The notes under the pieces: generated by a model | Database searches by the model: none | What the model was told of the DNA's origin: nothing | What the model saw: only the letters and a program-made list of their open reading frames with translations | Part shown: piece after piece, positions 1-16,115 of the stretch | Position numbering within the stretch: the stretch's first letter is position 1 | Layout of the letters: each line of letters starts with the position of its first letter | Assembly: GCF_009914755.1 (NCBI RefSeq) | Contig: NC_060934.1 | Reading direction: 5' to 3' (one strand) | Origin: the human T2T-CHM13v2.0 reference genome, Homo sapiens | DNA: 64,000 bases | Translations under genes and position numbers: made by a program

Positions 1-1890
1 TGTTAATGTATAGAAATGCAACTTATTTTTGTGTGTTGACTTTGTATCCTCCTGCTTTGCTTAGTTTATTATAATAGTTCTAACAGTTTTTTTGTGAAAC
101 CCTTAGGGTTTTTCATGTATAAAATCATGTCTTCTGTGAATGGAGATAATTTTACTTCTTCCTTTCCAATTTGGATGCCTTTTTTTCTTGCCTCCTTTTT
201 CTGATTGTACTGTGTTGAGTAGAAGTGGTGAGAGTGGACTTCCTAGTCTTGTTCCTGATCTTAGAGGGAAAGCTTTCAGTTTTTCACCATTGTAATGTTT
301 GCTGTGGACTTTTTATGTATGGTCTTTATTATGTTCAGGTAATTTCCTTCTATTCCTTCCTAGTTTGTTGAGTGTTTTTATCATGAAAGGTGTTGAATTT
401 TGTCAGATGCTTTTTCTGCACCAGTTCAGATTGTTACATGATTTTTGTCCTTCATTCGGTTAATGTGGTGTATTACATTTACTGATTTTTGTGTGTTGAG
501 CCATCCTTGCATCCTAGGAATAAGGCTCCCTCAGTCATCGTGTATGATTTTAATATGCCTTTGAATTTGGTTTGGTAACATTTTTTGAGAATATGTGCAT
601 CAAAGTTTAGAAGTGTTTCTTCAGTTTTTTTGGTGAGACTTTGAGGAGGTTTGGTATTAATTTTTCTCTAAACGTTTGGTAGAATTCCCCAGTGAAGCTA
701 TCTGGTCCTGGGCTTTTTTTGTTGTTGGGAAGTTTTTAAAATTACTGAGTCAGTTTCCTTACTAGTTATAGGTTTGTTAAGATTTTCTGTTTCTTCGTGA
801 TTCAGTCCTGGCAGGTTGTGTGTTTCTAATAATTCATCCATTTCTTCTAGGTTGTCTAAATTGTTGGCATGTGATCGTTCATAGTAGTCTCTTATCCTTT
901 TCATTTCTGTGGCATTTGTTGTAATGTCCCCTCTTTCATTTCTGATTTTAATTATTTGAGTCTTGTTTTTTTTTCTTAAATCTGGCTAAGGATTTGTCAA
1001 TTTTATTGATCTTATTTAAGATCTTTTTAAATGTAGGCATTTACTGCTATAAACTTCCCTCTTAGCACGGCTTTTCTGTATCCCTTAAGTTTTGGAATGT
1101 TCTGTTTTCTTCTTCATTTGTCTCAAGATGTTTTCTAAACTGCCTTGTGATTTCTTCTTTGAGTCATTAGTTTTTCAAAAGTGTGTTAAATATTTGTGAA
1201 TTTTTTAGTTTTCCTACTGCTTTTGATTTCCCATTGTGGTCAGAAAAGATACTTGCTATGATTTCAGTCTTCTTAAATTTGCTAAGACTTGTTCTGTGGC
1301 CTAACATGTGATCTGTCTTGGAGAATGTTGCATGTGTACTTGAGAAAATGTGTATTCAGCTAGTGTTGGGTGTAGTGTTTTTTTGTTTGTTTGTTTTTGA
1401 GATGGAGTTTCCGCTCTTGTTGCCCAGGCTGCAGTGCAGTGGTGGGAACTCAGCCCACCGCAATCTACGCCTCCTGGGTTCAAGTGATTCTCCTGCCTCA
1501 CCTTCCCGAGTAGCTGGGATTATAGGCATGTGCCACCACATCTAGCTAATTTTGTATTTTTAGTAGAGACAGGGTTTCTCCAATTTGGTCAGGCTGGTCC
1601 CGAACTCCTGACCTCAGGTGATCTGCCCACTTGGCCTCCCAAAGCTGGGATTATAGGCGTGAGCCACTGCGCCCGGCCGGGTATAGTGTTCTTTATGTGT
1701 CCGTTAGTTCCAGTTACTCTCCAGTGTTCAAATTCTGTGTCTCCTCATTGATCCGCTCTCCGGTGGTTCTGTCCATTATTGAAAGTGGGGATACTGAAAT
1801 CTCCTGCTGTTACTGGGTTACTGTCTGTTTTTTCTTTCAATTCTGTCAGTGTTTGCCTTGTTATATTTGGGTGCTCTGGTTCTGCACTTG
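1..1890 (-). mobile_element. Old LINE-1 (L1M) ORF2 fragment, antisense, interrupted by an Alu
   Basis: Minus ORF 698-904 (IRDYYERSHANNLDNLEEMDELLETHNLPGLNHEETENLNKPITSKE) aligns with L1 ORF2p ([35 protein letters not shown]...). Confidence 0.9.
1379..1678 (-). mobile_element. AluS
   Basis: Full dimer; TSD gggt(g/a)tagtgtt. Confidence 0.95.
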
Positions 1891-2049
1891 CACCTTTACA
1901 GCTGCGCTTGGCTGGAGAATTAACTTGGCTGATTGGCCTTACCACTAATTACCACTAAGTTCAGGAGAGTCCTTAAAACTGCACAGCAGTAGTTCCTAGT
2001 TCATTTATTCTCCCAGTGTGACCTAAATGATCATTTAGACCTGCTCCTT

Positions 2050-2900
2050 CTCAATCCTTCAACGTCACTTTCACCGTCTTTAGCACACAACTTTGCTTTT
2101 CATTTTGTTGAGAAAACAGATACCACAAGAAAAATATCTGCAAAGCTCCTGCCACTACTGCCTGTGTCTGTGCTTCATGTATTCTCACATCCCTCAATTA
2201 TTACGGAATGAACTGACCATGCTTCTAGCCAGGGCCAAAACCTGCACTGTGCTCACTCAGCCCTTGCCTCTACACTCTGCAGGATCATTCTCCTCCACAA
2301 CAACATACTGTTGTTTCTCTCATCTTAAAACACAACAAAACTTCTCTGAACTCCATTTTTCCTTCTAACCGTTGTTCATTTCCCACCCCGACCCCTTTTT
2401 TCCCTAAAAGAAGTATCTGCACTTTGTTTCCAATTTTTCTCCTCCTGGTATTTCAGGAGGCTTTCCCTCCCAGCACCCTGTTTCTTGTACTGCTCTTGCG
2501 AGGTCAGCTCTGACCCTACCTTTCTCATCCTTGAATTATTTGACCTAGTAACAGTATTTGACACTGGTGATTACTTATTTCCTGCTCGTTGAAACACTTT
2601 GTTCACTTGGCTTCCAGGATAGCATACAAAGAAATTCCCCATCTCAGTCTTTTGTCACAGAGTCCCTCCAGGGCTCAGTCCTTAGACCTCTGTTTTAACT
2701 ATGCTCATTTCCTTGTTGATCTTATTTGACCCACTGGCTTTGAAACCCTCTTTGTTTTAAAGTTTGACGGAAGTCCAAATTTTAAATCTCCAGCCTGAGC
2801 CGCTTCTTTGAAATGCAGACTTATGTTCCACCTGGATGTCTAATAGGCAAATGAAATGCAGCTTTCTCTAAAGGGAACTTATTCTTCCTCCAGTAACTTA
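2050..2900 (+). mobile_element. L2 LINE fragment
   Basis: L2 hallmark strings gtatttgacactggtgat...gaaacactttgttcacttggcttccagga and ccacctggatgtctaataggca. Confidence 0.75.
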
Positions 2901-3691
2901 ATGGGCCATGCTTAGAATGGCTCTTTTTGTCCAAGAAAATTCAAAACCAAAACCAAATCTATTTTCTTCTGCTTTAACATCAGTCTACAGATTATTTTTG
3001 GTCTAAAGCATGAGATAGGGCTTTTTATTTATTTTTAATCAGGCGGCTAGCTAGTTTCTTAACAGTATTGAATAATATATTTTTAATTGTTTGAATTGTC
3101 ATCTTTATTGTTCTGAGAATAATATCAAGGATTTAAGTGAAATTGCCATCTAATGTTTGCATTATAGATTTCATGCCCCTTTAAAACATGTGTTATATCA
3201 ATTGAGAGCACACTCTTATAAAGTAGAATCAGTGATAATCAATGGATTTTTTAAAAAAGAACTAAATAAGTTGCATAAGAGCACAGAAACAAACTTTAAA
3301 TTTAGCATTTAATAGACCAGGAACAGCACACCAGTAAAGAAAGGGGTCACTAATTACTGTTTGGATACTTGGATTTTAGTTTGAAAAATAAGTAAAATTT
3401 ACATAGTAAAAAGCAATAAAGTAAATTTAACACGGAAAGTAACAATGGAGTATGAAATATATGACCAAACTAATGGAAGTTTCTGTCTAAAATAAAAGAT
3501 CTATTTGTAGGGTAAGTAATTAGATTGGGAGTAAAAGGCAGAAATAGTAAAATCATCACATGCACAAATGCTGTCTGTATTTAATCCCAGTTAAAGACAT
3601 GGGAAATAAGATAACCCTAAGGCTATAATGCTCACCTATTAAACTGACAGAAGTATGTAATATGAGGAAATAGCATGTCTTGTTTGGTCAG

Positions 3692-4064
3692 TGTATTAGT
3701 CGATTCTCACATTGATACAAAGAAATACCAAAGACTGGGTAGTTTATAAAGAAAAGAGAATTAATGGACTCACAGTAATGCAGGCTATACAGGAGGCATG
3801 GCTGGAGAGGCCTCAGGAAACTTACAATCATGGCAGAAGGGGAAGAGGAAGCAGGCCTATCTTCACATGACAGCAGGAGAGACAGCAAAGAGGGGAATGC
3901 CACATGCTTCCAGATCTCTTGAGAACTCACTATCATGAGTACAGCAAGGGGGAAATCTGCCCCCCCCCCATAATCCAATCATCTCCCAGCAGGCCCCACC
4001 TCTAACACTCAGGATCACAGTTCAACATGAGATTTGGGTGGGAACACAGAGCCAAGCCATGTCA
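3692..4064 (-). mobile_element. MSTA-like MaLR solo LTR
   Basis: TGTATTAGTC...CATGTCA termini; perfect 5-bp TSD GTCAG at 3687-3691 and 4065-4069. Confidence 0.9.
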
Positions 4065-4689
4065 GTCAGTATCATAAATTGGTTCAACCATAGAGGAAGA
4101 GAATTTGACTAAATACATATTTTAGGGAAAAGGGAAGTACTGTGGGCTCAGCGGTTTGATCTTAAAATTTCTATGCAGTGATGGCATACTATATTCCTAA
4201 TCTAACTAGGGTTTGTTTCAAGGGAATTAGGGATAAGGTGAGTAAGCTAGTAAACCCAAGGCAAAATTTCTTAATGCTTTTTAAAATTTAAAAAAGAGGC
4301 CCATTCCGTTAGAGCATACATTGAATCAAATGTTTCATGTAAAACAGGATGGAAATGAACTTTTCTATTTGGCTAAGTGGTGTAGGCAGAAAAACCTATA
4401 GGCTTTCTCTTTTCATCAACTTCATGCTGAGTCCTGTCTCATTTTATTATTTACACAATTGAAATATAAAAAATTGTTCCCAAATGATGCCCCCCATACC
4501 CTAAGTTTAGGGGGCAGTAGTGTAAAGCAGTGTCCAGACATTGGTCTTAGGGCTGGAGTGGAAACAGACTCCTAGAGGTGCACAAGCACATGGATAATTT
4601 TACCTGAATCAATTTCCAAATCCTAAACTTTAAATGTCTCTTTTTTGAAGCATTTCTTCCTTTGAACCAGTGTTCAAGCGGTTCTTCCC

Positions 4690-4981
4690 TTTTTATTTTT
4701 TGATGTGGAGTTTGGCTCTTGTCACCCAGGTTGGAGTTGCAATAGTGTGATCTCGGCTCACCGTAACCTCCGCCTCCTGGGTTCACGCGACTCTCCTGCT
4801 TCAGCCTCCTGAGTAGCTGGGATTACAGGTGCCTGCACCATGCCCGGCTTATTTTTGTATTTTTAGTAGAGATAGGGTTTCATCATATTGGCCAGGCTGG
4901 TCTCGAACTCCTGACCTTAGGCGATTCACCCACCTCAGTCTCCCAAAGTGCTGGGATTACAGTTGTGAGCCACTGCGCCCA
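4690..4981 (-). mobile_element. AluS
   Basis: Full dimer matching the consensus. Confidence 0.95.
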
Positions 4982-5387
4982 GTTCTGTTTTCAAATTCCT
5001 TTCCACCATGGCTTTTTCCATTATTAAAAAAAATGGCATAACTCTTCCTCTGACCCTTCTCTTACCATGATGCACTTGCCTTGTAGTGGGAAAACCTCAG
5101 GGATGAAAAGGGTGTCAGGACAATTCTAAGACACCAATGGAATAGTGCTGGAAGAATTAGATATTCAGTTGCAAAAGAATGCAATTAGACCTTTACCTCA
5201 TACCATAAACAAAAATCAACTCAAAATGAATCAAAAACCTAAATGTAAGAGCTAAAACCATAAAAATCTTAGAAGAAAACATAGGTATAAATCTTGGTGA
5301 CCTTGGATTAGGCAGTGATTTCTTCAATATGACAACAAAGCACAAGCAATCAGAAAAAAGTAGATAAATTAAACTTTATCAAAATTA

Positions 5388-5823
<436 letters not shown>

Positions 5824-5952
5824 TTAGAAAACCAAAAATCTAATTTAAAAACAGGCAAAGGATTCAGATAGACATTACTCCAAAGAAGATGTACAAATGG
5901 CTACATAAGCTCATGAAAATAATGTCGTTAGTCATTAGAAATATAAATCAAA

Positions 5953-6241
5953 GGCTGGGCACGGTGGCTCACGCCTGTAATCCTAGCACTTTGGGAGGCC
6001 GAGGAGGGCAGATCATGAGGTCAGGAGATCGAGACCATCCTGGCTAACACAGCGAAACCCCGTCTCCACTAAAAATACAAAAAATTAGCCGGGCGTGGTG
6101 GCAGGTTCCTGTAGTCCCAGCTACTCAAGAGGCTGAAGCAGGAGAATGGCGTGAACCCAGGAGGCAGAGCTTGCAGTGAGCCGAGATCTTGCCACTGCAC
6201 TCCAGCCTGGACGACAGAGCAAGACTCTGTCTCCAAAAAAA

Positions 6242-6286
<45 letters not shown>
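5953..6286 (+). mobile_element. AluY with poly(A)-(AT)n tail
   Basis: AluY diagnostics gagatcgagaccatcctggctaacac and gaatggcgtgaaccc. Confidence 0.92.
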
Positions 6287-6289
<3 letters not shown>

Positions 6290-7173
6290 AATCAAAACCA
6301 CAATGAGATTCTGCTTCTTACCCACTAGGATGTCTATAATCAAAAAGATAGATAATAACAAATGCTGGTAAGGATATGGAGAAATGGGAACCTCCAGCCA
6401 CTATTTGTGGGAATATAAAATCGTGCAGCTGGTCTGGAAACAGATTAGCAGTTCCTCAAAAAGCTAAATGTTGAGTTTCCATATGATCCAGCAGTTCCAC
6501 TCCTAGATATATATCCAAAAGCATTAAAAACATGTTCACACAAAAATTTGTGCATGAAAGTTTACAGCAGCATTATTCATAATAGGAGGAAACAACCCAA
6601 ATGTCCAACCGATAAATAGATAAACAAAATGTGGTCTGTCTAGGCAATGGAATATTACTCACCCATGAAAAGAAATGAAGTACTCACTCATTTTACAACA
6701 TAGATGAATTTTGAAAACATTAATGCAGGTTGAAGTCAGTCACAAAATATCGTATGTTGTATTATTCTTATTTTTATGAAAGGTCCGGAAAAGGTAAGTC
6801 CACAGAGAAAGTAGATTAGTGATAAAAATGTACTGGAATTAGTGTTGATGGTTGCACAACTTTGTGAATATGCCGATAGCTACTGAACTGCACACTTTAA
6901 AAGAGTGAATTTTATTATACGTCAATTATATCTCCAAAGAATGGAATAAAGCCTCAGGGGCCCCCAAAGTGGTGATTCCAAATATTGGTTTTAGTGTTAA
7001 GAAAATGAATGGCCATAGCCTTTGGAGAACAAATCCTTTCATGGTTTTTCAGTTTTCCACTTCTAACAAAATTGAAGGATCAATTCCAATATTTACAAAT
7101 AATAAATGTGTTAGCTACTAAATCATTTAAAATATTTCTGGTGGAAAACAACTATGTAATTTTCAACAGATAA

Positions 7174-7562
<389 letters not shown>

Positions 7563-7714
7563 CTCAGTGCTTTCTTGAAACACACGCACAGAAAAGTAGA
7601 AATTCACTAAGTGATGTCTGATTTTAGCAATAATTATTCAAAGAGATACATGAACTAATGAAGAAAAAAAAAAAGCCCTGTCCATCTCATTAAGAGACGT
7701 ACATTTCCAGTAAT

Positions 7715-7835
7715 TTTTCTTTCCTTCTTTACTTCCTTCCTTCCTCCCTCCCTCCCTCCCTTCCTCCCTCCCTCCCTCCCTCCCTCCCTTCCTTCCTTCC
7801 TTCCTTCCTTCCTTCCTTCCCTCCCTCCCTCCCTC
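7715..7835. repeat. (CCTT)n/(CCCT)n pyrimidine microsatellite in an Alu tail
   Basis: Directly visible. Confidence 0.95.
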
Positions 7836-8105
7836 TTGCTCTGTTGCCCAGGCTGGAGTGCAGTGGTGCACTATTTTGGCTCACTGCAACCTCTGCCCCT
7901 GGGTTCAAGCATTTCTCCCATGTCAGCCTTCCCGAGTAGCTGGGACTACAGATGTGTGCCACCATGCCTGGCTTTTTTTTTTTTGCTAGAGATGGGGGTT
8001 TCACCACGTTGGCCAGGCTGGTCTCAAACTCCTGACCTCAAGTGATCGCCTGCTTTGGCCTCCCGGAAGTGCTGGGATTATAGGCGTGAGCCACTGTTCC
8101 CAGCC
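7835..8105 (-). mobile_element. AluS
   Basis: Dimer matching the consensus. Confidence 0.93.
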
Positions 8106-8150
8106 TCCAGTAGAATTTTTACCTTTAATGTTGTTAATTACTGTCAGATC

Positions 8151-8516
<366 letters not shown>

Positions 8517-8599
8517 TGAATTCAAAATAATTTTTTAAACACTTAGAAGCTTCTTTATGGTCAGGAAATTTAAAATGTTTTTCATTTAAACATCAGACA

Positions 8600-8737
8600 G
8601 GCTGGGTGCAGTGGCTCAAACCTGTAATCCCATCACTTTGGGAGGCCAAGGCAGGAGGATTGCTTGAGTCCAGGAGTTTGAAACCAACCAGGGCAACATA
8701 GGGAGAATCTGTCTCTATAAAACAAACAAACAAACAG
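8600..8737 (+). mobile_element. FLAM / Alu left monomer
   Basis: Single monomer with (AAAC)n tail; TSD aac(a/t)tcagaca. Confidence 0.88.
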
Positions 8738-9329
8738 AACTTCAGACATGTATGACTGAGTGACTAATAAGACTTCCAAGCATTAGCAATTACTATATGC
8801 AGGGCAAATGTACTGGAAATATGAATTCAAGGAGGAAAATATGCTGTGAAAATTTCACTTTAAAATGGATCATGATGGGTATCAGATCACAATTGTATTT
8901 GGATTCTGTTGAAGAGATTTAAGGTTGATATTACAGTGACCTTGCTAAATTATATTGCTGTTCTGTGCTCTGTTTCCCTATATATAAATGGGATAATAAT
9001 AGCACCTATATCAAGGAGTAATTTATTATTATGTCTAGTGCAGCTTCTTGGCAAATACTCTGTTCAGTGATTCACATTCTGTTTAATAGCCCACTGCTTT
9101 GTTTCTTTCTGGTAAGTCTTCTGCCTTAATGCAGTCTTCTCTAGCTACTATGTGTCCTTTTTTCATCCTCCTGATCTATACCCCCCCCCACCCCCCGCCA
9201 CCCCACACACACATGGTGGTGTGGACAAGGCAAAAAAGAAAGTTAGCTGGATTTATGTTTCGGAATTTCAGGGCTTTGTATTTACAGTTGACTTGTTAGG
9301 AGAAGAGGAAGAAGAATTAAAAAGTATAG

Positions 9330-9733
<404 letters not shown>

Positions 9734-9789
9734 TGACAGATAGTTTTTTTAGATGGTGTAAGACAGTGTCAATTATGTAGTGTAGTTGG

Positions 9790-10282
9790 TATATTTTCTG
9801 TTGTTACTGTAACAAATTACCATACTTTTAGTGGTTTATAGAGCACAAATTTATTATCTTATGGTTCTGCAGGTCAGAAGTCCAACACAGGTCTCACTAG
9901 GCTAAGATGCAGGTGTCTACAGGGCCGTGTTCCTTTCGGGAAGTTCTAAGGAAGTATGGATTCTGTGCCTCTTACAGCCTCTAGAGGCTGGCTGCATTCC
10001 TGGATCAGGCTCCCCTTCCTGTTCACCTTCACAGTCAGCAAGGTGACATGGCTCTGACCTCCTGTCATCTCTTTCCCACCGTACTTGGGAGAAGTTCTCT
10101 GCTTTTAAGGACCATGTGAGTAGATTGGTCCCAACAAGCTCATCCAGGATAATCGCCCCATCTCAGGTTTTGGACCCTTAGTCACACATCTGCAAAGTCC
10201 CTTTTGCCATTTAAATAACATATTCATAGGTTACAGGGATTAGGATGTGAATGTCTGCAGGGGCCATTATCCTGCTACCACA
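9790..10282 (-). mobile_element. MLT1D-like MaLR solo LTR
   Basis: MLT1 motif ctgtaacaaattaccat...ggtcagaagtcc; terminus gggccattatcctgctaccaca; 5-bp TSD GTTGG. Confidence 0.85.
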
Positions 10283-10941
10283 GTTGGTTTTTAGTCAGCT
10301 ACATAATTTTGAACTGTTAATTTTATCTATTTTTTTTTTATGACAGTTGTGGTTAGAGGTGAGGCTTGGATTGGTCCTGGCCTGAATCTTGTTCTGCTGT
10401 GTAGCAGCACTGTGACGTTAGGCAAGTTTCTTCTCTGTACTTGTTTCTTCTTTGGTGAAATCAAGATAGTAATGCTTGTCTGTATGTACTGAAATAAAGT
10501 AATAGTTTAGGGTTCTAGATGGGAGGCAAGAGATTTCTACCAATCTTTTTGTGTCTGTCTCAAATAAGCAAATATGTGATCACCTAACTCACAAGGTTGT
10601 TGTGAAGATCAAATTAAGTCATCAAGTTAGAGTGCCTTTTGAAATGTATAAAAAGTATATAACATTTTGTTGGTATTAATTTTAGAATGGCTTTTAAGAT
10701 TTTTGTCAAAGGTGAGAACGTTCAGTACATTCTTTGATACCTGCCTAGCAACTATTTTTAGGTTTCTATTCCTTTCCAGATTTTCAGATTCACATATTTC
10801 CTTTATTAAATTATGGTAAATGAAAAGATAATATGAGAATTAAAAGTAATGACTTCTGTGATTCGTATAGTCACTAGGATTTAAAATTCAAATTTATCTA
10901 TATCTATATCTATAGATATAGATATATAGATATAGATATAG

Positions 10942-11236
<295 letters not shown>

Positions 11237-12576
11237 TATCTAGATAATTTTTAATCTTTATTTTTTTTTTTCTGTAGACTTATTTGGAGCTATACTATAT
11301 GTGTTGTAGAAGCAAAATAAATACTAAGTCTACCTTGCATTAGTAAGACTGATTTTTCTTAAATCCTGAGCTACATTTAAAATCTTGGTTAGTAGACATT
11401 TTACTCAGATAGTGATTCATTTATAATTGGCTTGTCTAAGTACTCAGTGTTTGACAAAAATATCACTATGTTAAGCAAAAACCATATTTAAAAAGTGATT
11501 TGTTTTTTTTTTTCTTAACGCTGTAACAGTGAATAGATCTTTTTCCCCTAAGCAGCACAAAGATGCCATTTTGGGAGGTTAAATTACTTTCTAAAAGTTG
11601 CTGTGAAGGAGAGAAGGAAAAGAGATCAGGTTACACATTCTTTGTTCCTGAGCCTACCACTGCACACGTTCAGAGAAGCAATAGTGAGGCTAGAGTATGC
11701 ATTTGCCACTATGTCTTCAACCCTTCCCCATAGTAGGGAGGGAGGGAATTAGGCAGTTTTCCTAACAGGGCCCCGAAGAGTACCATTTTAACTTAAATAC
11801 TCTTAAAAGTTGCTACTTATTTTTTTTAAGGCTTTCTTTACTTTTTTATAATTTAGCATTTCAAGTAATCCAAATAGTTATTTCTTTGTATATTCAGAGG
11901 TATTTAAAAATATTTTCTTTGAGAGCTTAAAGGTTATAGTTTAATAATGCAGTTAAACATCAATTTATCTCAAATTGATATTGAGTTAAATTTAAAGAGT
12001 ATTTTAAATTATATTTTGAGGGGAAAAAAATAACTTTCTTGGCACAAAATGGCCATGAATTAGATTGTGTGTTTCAGAAAGGTAGTGGTAAAAAGTCCCC
12101 AAAGCAGTTACAATATTTCTTTTGTTCTGTTTCCTTGCTACTCTTAGATAAATGAAGAGTTTGAAAAGAATTTTCACATAAAAACGTCATAAAATCCCAG
12201 TGCCATATTCTGAATATTAATTTGACTGTTTTATGTCGTATTTTTTTCCCAGTTGGTTTTAGTTAGAATATATGCTTTTTTTTAAGCCTTTAAGGAATTA
12301 AACAATTTTGGTTATTAAAGTTTAAATGTATTTCATAAATATGTATTTATAAATATGTGACTGGTCCCTTTTCTGAGGGGTTAGGAAGTTTAAGCATTAT
12401 TTGTAAGCTATTTGTAAATCCCTGTCAAACATTATTTGTCCATTAAGAAATACTATTTTTTTCTTCACTTTTAGGTCATTTTAAGTATTAATAATGTTCA
12501 TCAATTTACTTACTACCCTTCTGAAGAAAGTCACTATAATTAGTAATCAGAATTATATCACATAAATTTAGGCACA

Positions 12577-12577
12577 T

Positions 12578-12620
<43 letters not shown>
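12577..12620. repeat. (TTTA)n microsatellite
   Basis: Directly visible. Confidence 0.95.
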
Positions 12621-12622
<2 letters not shown>

Positions 12623-12654
12623 GTATTTTGAGAGTAGGTGCTGTATTTTCTTTT

Positions 12655-12876
12655 CTTTCCTTGTTTTTTCTTTTTTGTTTTTTGAGACAGAATCTCTCTC
12701 TGTTGCCCAGGCTGGAGTACAGTGGCATGATCTCAGTTCACTGCAACTTCCCCCTCCTAGGCTCTAGCAGTGCTTCCACCTCAGCCTCCCAAGTAGCTGG
12801 GACCAGCTCACGCTACCACTCCAGCTAATTTTTGTATTTTTTGTAGAGACAGGGTTTTGCCATGTCACCGAGACTG
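12655..12876 (-). mobile_element. Truncated AluJ
   Basis: Right arm plus partial left arm. Confidence 0.88.
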
Positions 12877-13041
12877 AGTTACTGTATTTTCTTAGCAGAA
12901 TATTGTCCCAGTGAGCTTTTTCCAAAAGAGAAAAGGTACAGCCAATAAAAGTTTGTGGTTGGGTATTGGGAGTTGGTGTTGTTCTGTTTTGTCCTGTTCA
13001 TAAAAGTTTTATTCTCTTTAGCTCTCATGCTTTAGTTCTAA

Positions 13042-13754
<713 letters not shown>

Positions 13755-15539
13755 AGAATTTGAACTTTAATTCTTCAAATTGTATAGCATTTTCAGGTAC
13801 CATCGAGGGCTTTTCTTCTGTACTTCTGTGTGTTCAAATATGGACCTTGTTCCAAAAAGGTCCAAAAAGGTTGAGTTGTGGTTCCCTGTAATGTCAAGAA
13901 ATCTGTTAATGCATGAGACCCGGAAGATGTTTGAAAGTGACTAGTGAGAATTGGGTTGGTTGCTGTAGGATATTGTCATTTAAATTATTAAGTGAATATA
14001 TTTATATATTTAAAAATTAGATGTAGGTAAGCCTCAGAAATGGGAAAATGGAGATAAATCTTAGGAGAGATTTTTGAATCTTTTACTTAAGACTGTGTTC
14101 AAAACTTTGTCTATTTGCTATTTATTATTTTGATATATTAATTGCTAGTGAGATTAAGACATTTTTGACACATCCTCTTCATTTAAGGTCATGGATGTTT
14201 TGTATCATTCTTATATAAGCATATTTGTAAGACTTTTAGAGGTATTCCTTTTTTAGTCCTATTTTTTTTTACTAGGGAATTATGACTCATTTTGGCACTT
14301 AGCTTTTGTAGCTTACTACCGTATGACATTTTATATCTTTGCAAAAACCAAGTAATTAGACCATTCATCACAATTTCCATACTTAAAAAACTAATACTAA
14401 GTTTTTACATGTTATCAATAAAAGTAGCATTTTAACAATTATCCTTTCCACATTATTTGATAAATGCTATTGGTTTTGTCTGTTATTTTTATAAATATAT
14501 AATTTGCTTTAATTACTTAAATGTTCCTTGAGCCTTAGAACTTAAATCCTGATAAGGGTTTTACTTTTTAAAATACTGAAGTTTATTATTTATGCATGTT
14601 TTACAGAAAAATGAGTGGCTTTTAAAAGATCAAAATTAAAGGCTTAAACATGGAATCTCTAGGACATATAAAATATGAGTAGAACTGTGTATTTATAAGA
14701 TGTTAATGTAAGACTTCAGGCCTTGTAATATCTTAAAGGAACCACTTCACTGTAAGGGAGCAGTTTGTCTTTCTACCTTTCCAATTGTATTGAGATTTTG
14801 CCCAGTATGTCTTTTTACTTAAACACCTTGGTGAAAGCTATCCAGCATCCTGTTTTAAATCTCCTTTGTTGCACTTACCATAATTACTTTCAGATCTGTT
14901 TCCATTCTCAGAAACTGAAACTGTAAGCTCATGTGAGTGGGGAATCCGACTTGTTTTATTGCATGTGAGCTGAGCACTGTGCCTTGTGTCAGTAGTCAGT
15001 GGTGTTCCTTTAGTCCTTGTTATGTTAATAAAAAAGCTTTGGTTTTTGCAAGACTTTGTTTTTAGAGATTCTGGAAAGGAACATATTAACCAAAAAGAAG
15101 AGCTGACTTCAATTTTACTTGTCTTGAAAATAACTGACTACTAAAGGGATGTCAGGGAACATTAGTGAAAATGGAGAACTTAAGGAGTTAAAGTTTTAGC
15201 TGTTTTTTTCAAAGGATATTGTCCTTCAAAATCTTTACCTTGCATTTTTGTTACTGTGATTTAAGATGGTTGTAATTATCATTGATTGATGATACCTATC
15301 AAAAGGCAACCCTAACCAACCATTTCTGCTGGATTCTGAATGCCGAGAAAGAAAAACTGAGAAATTTGTGAACTATTACAAGTCGTCTGTAAAATGAGAT
15401 AATAATATCAACTTCACAAGGTAATTTAGGCTTTCGTGAAAACTAGAGTGTGAAAATGCTTAGTAATGTGCTGGGCACACTGCAGGTGCTCTACAAATAA
15501 CTACTGATAACTACTATTTTTCATGAGTAATTGTACATT

Positions 15540-15890
15540 TTCTTTCTTCCTTCCTTTCTTCCTTCCTTCCTTCCTTCCTTCCTTCCTTTCTTTTCTTTTC
15601 TTTTCTTTCTTTTCTTTCTTTCTTTTTTTGTTTTCTTTTGTTTTGAGACAAGATCTTGCTCTGTTGCCCAAGCTGGAGTGAAGTGGTGTGATCTTGGATC
15701 ACTGCAACCTCTGCCTCTTGGGCTCAAGTGATCCTCCCTCCTTATCCTCCTGAGTAGCTGGGACAACAGGCGCACATCGTCACACCCAGCTAATTTTTGT
15801 ATTTTTGTAGAGATGGGGCTTCACTTGGTGTTGAATTCCTGGGCTCAAGCGATCCACCCACTTCGACCTCCCAGCGTGCTGTGATTACAA
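15540..15890 (-). mobile_element. AluJ with (CCTT)/(CTTT) microsatellite tail
   Basis: TSD gagtaattgta; J-type ctgggctcaagcgatcc. Confidence 0.92.
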
Positions 15891-16115
15891 GAGTAATTGT
15901 AAATTTAAAATGAATTTCTTTCCCATCCCAAACCAGTATCAAAATGCAAATATAGTAAATTACTTTTTAAAAGAGAGATGTTTAATGGCAGTTGTTGGTA
16001 GTCTTTTGAGTCTTTAAGTGGGTATATTATAGAAAAACAACATATCTCTGCTTGGAGGGAAGATTTAACTAAAAACAAGAAAAAGAATAGTAGATGAACC
16101 ATGATTCTTTAACAT

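Noticed and set aside
698-904. ORF with clear protein similarity
   Set aside because: It is a degraded L1 ORF2p fragment with stops and frameshifts nearby, not a host gene.
4110-4243. Strong donor AAG|GTGAGT at 4237; similar isolated donors at 6793, 9111 and 60137
   Set aside because: No convincing paired acceptor, and such motifs are expected by chance in 64 kb.
5953-6286. AluY as a possible polymorphic recent insertion (also 17796 and 61786)
   Set aside because: Several CpG decays and no Ya5/Yb8 diagnostics noticed; probably fixed.
9180-9204. C-rich run with G-quadruplex potential on the minus strand
   Set aside because: Short low-complexity tract with no other support for function.
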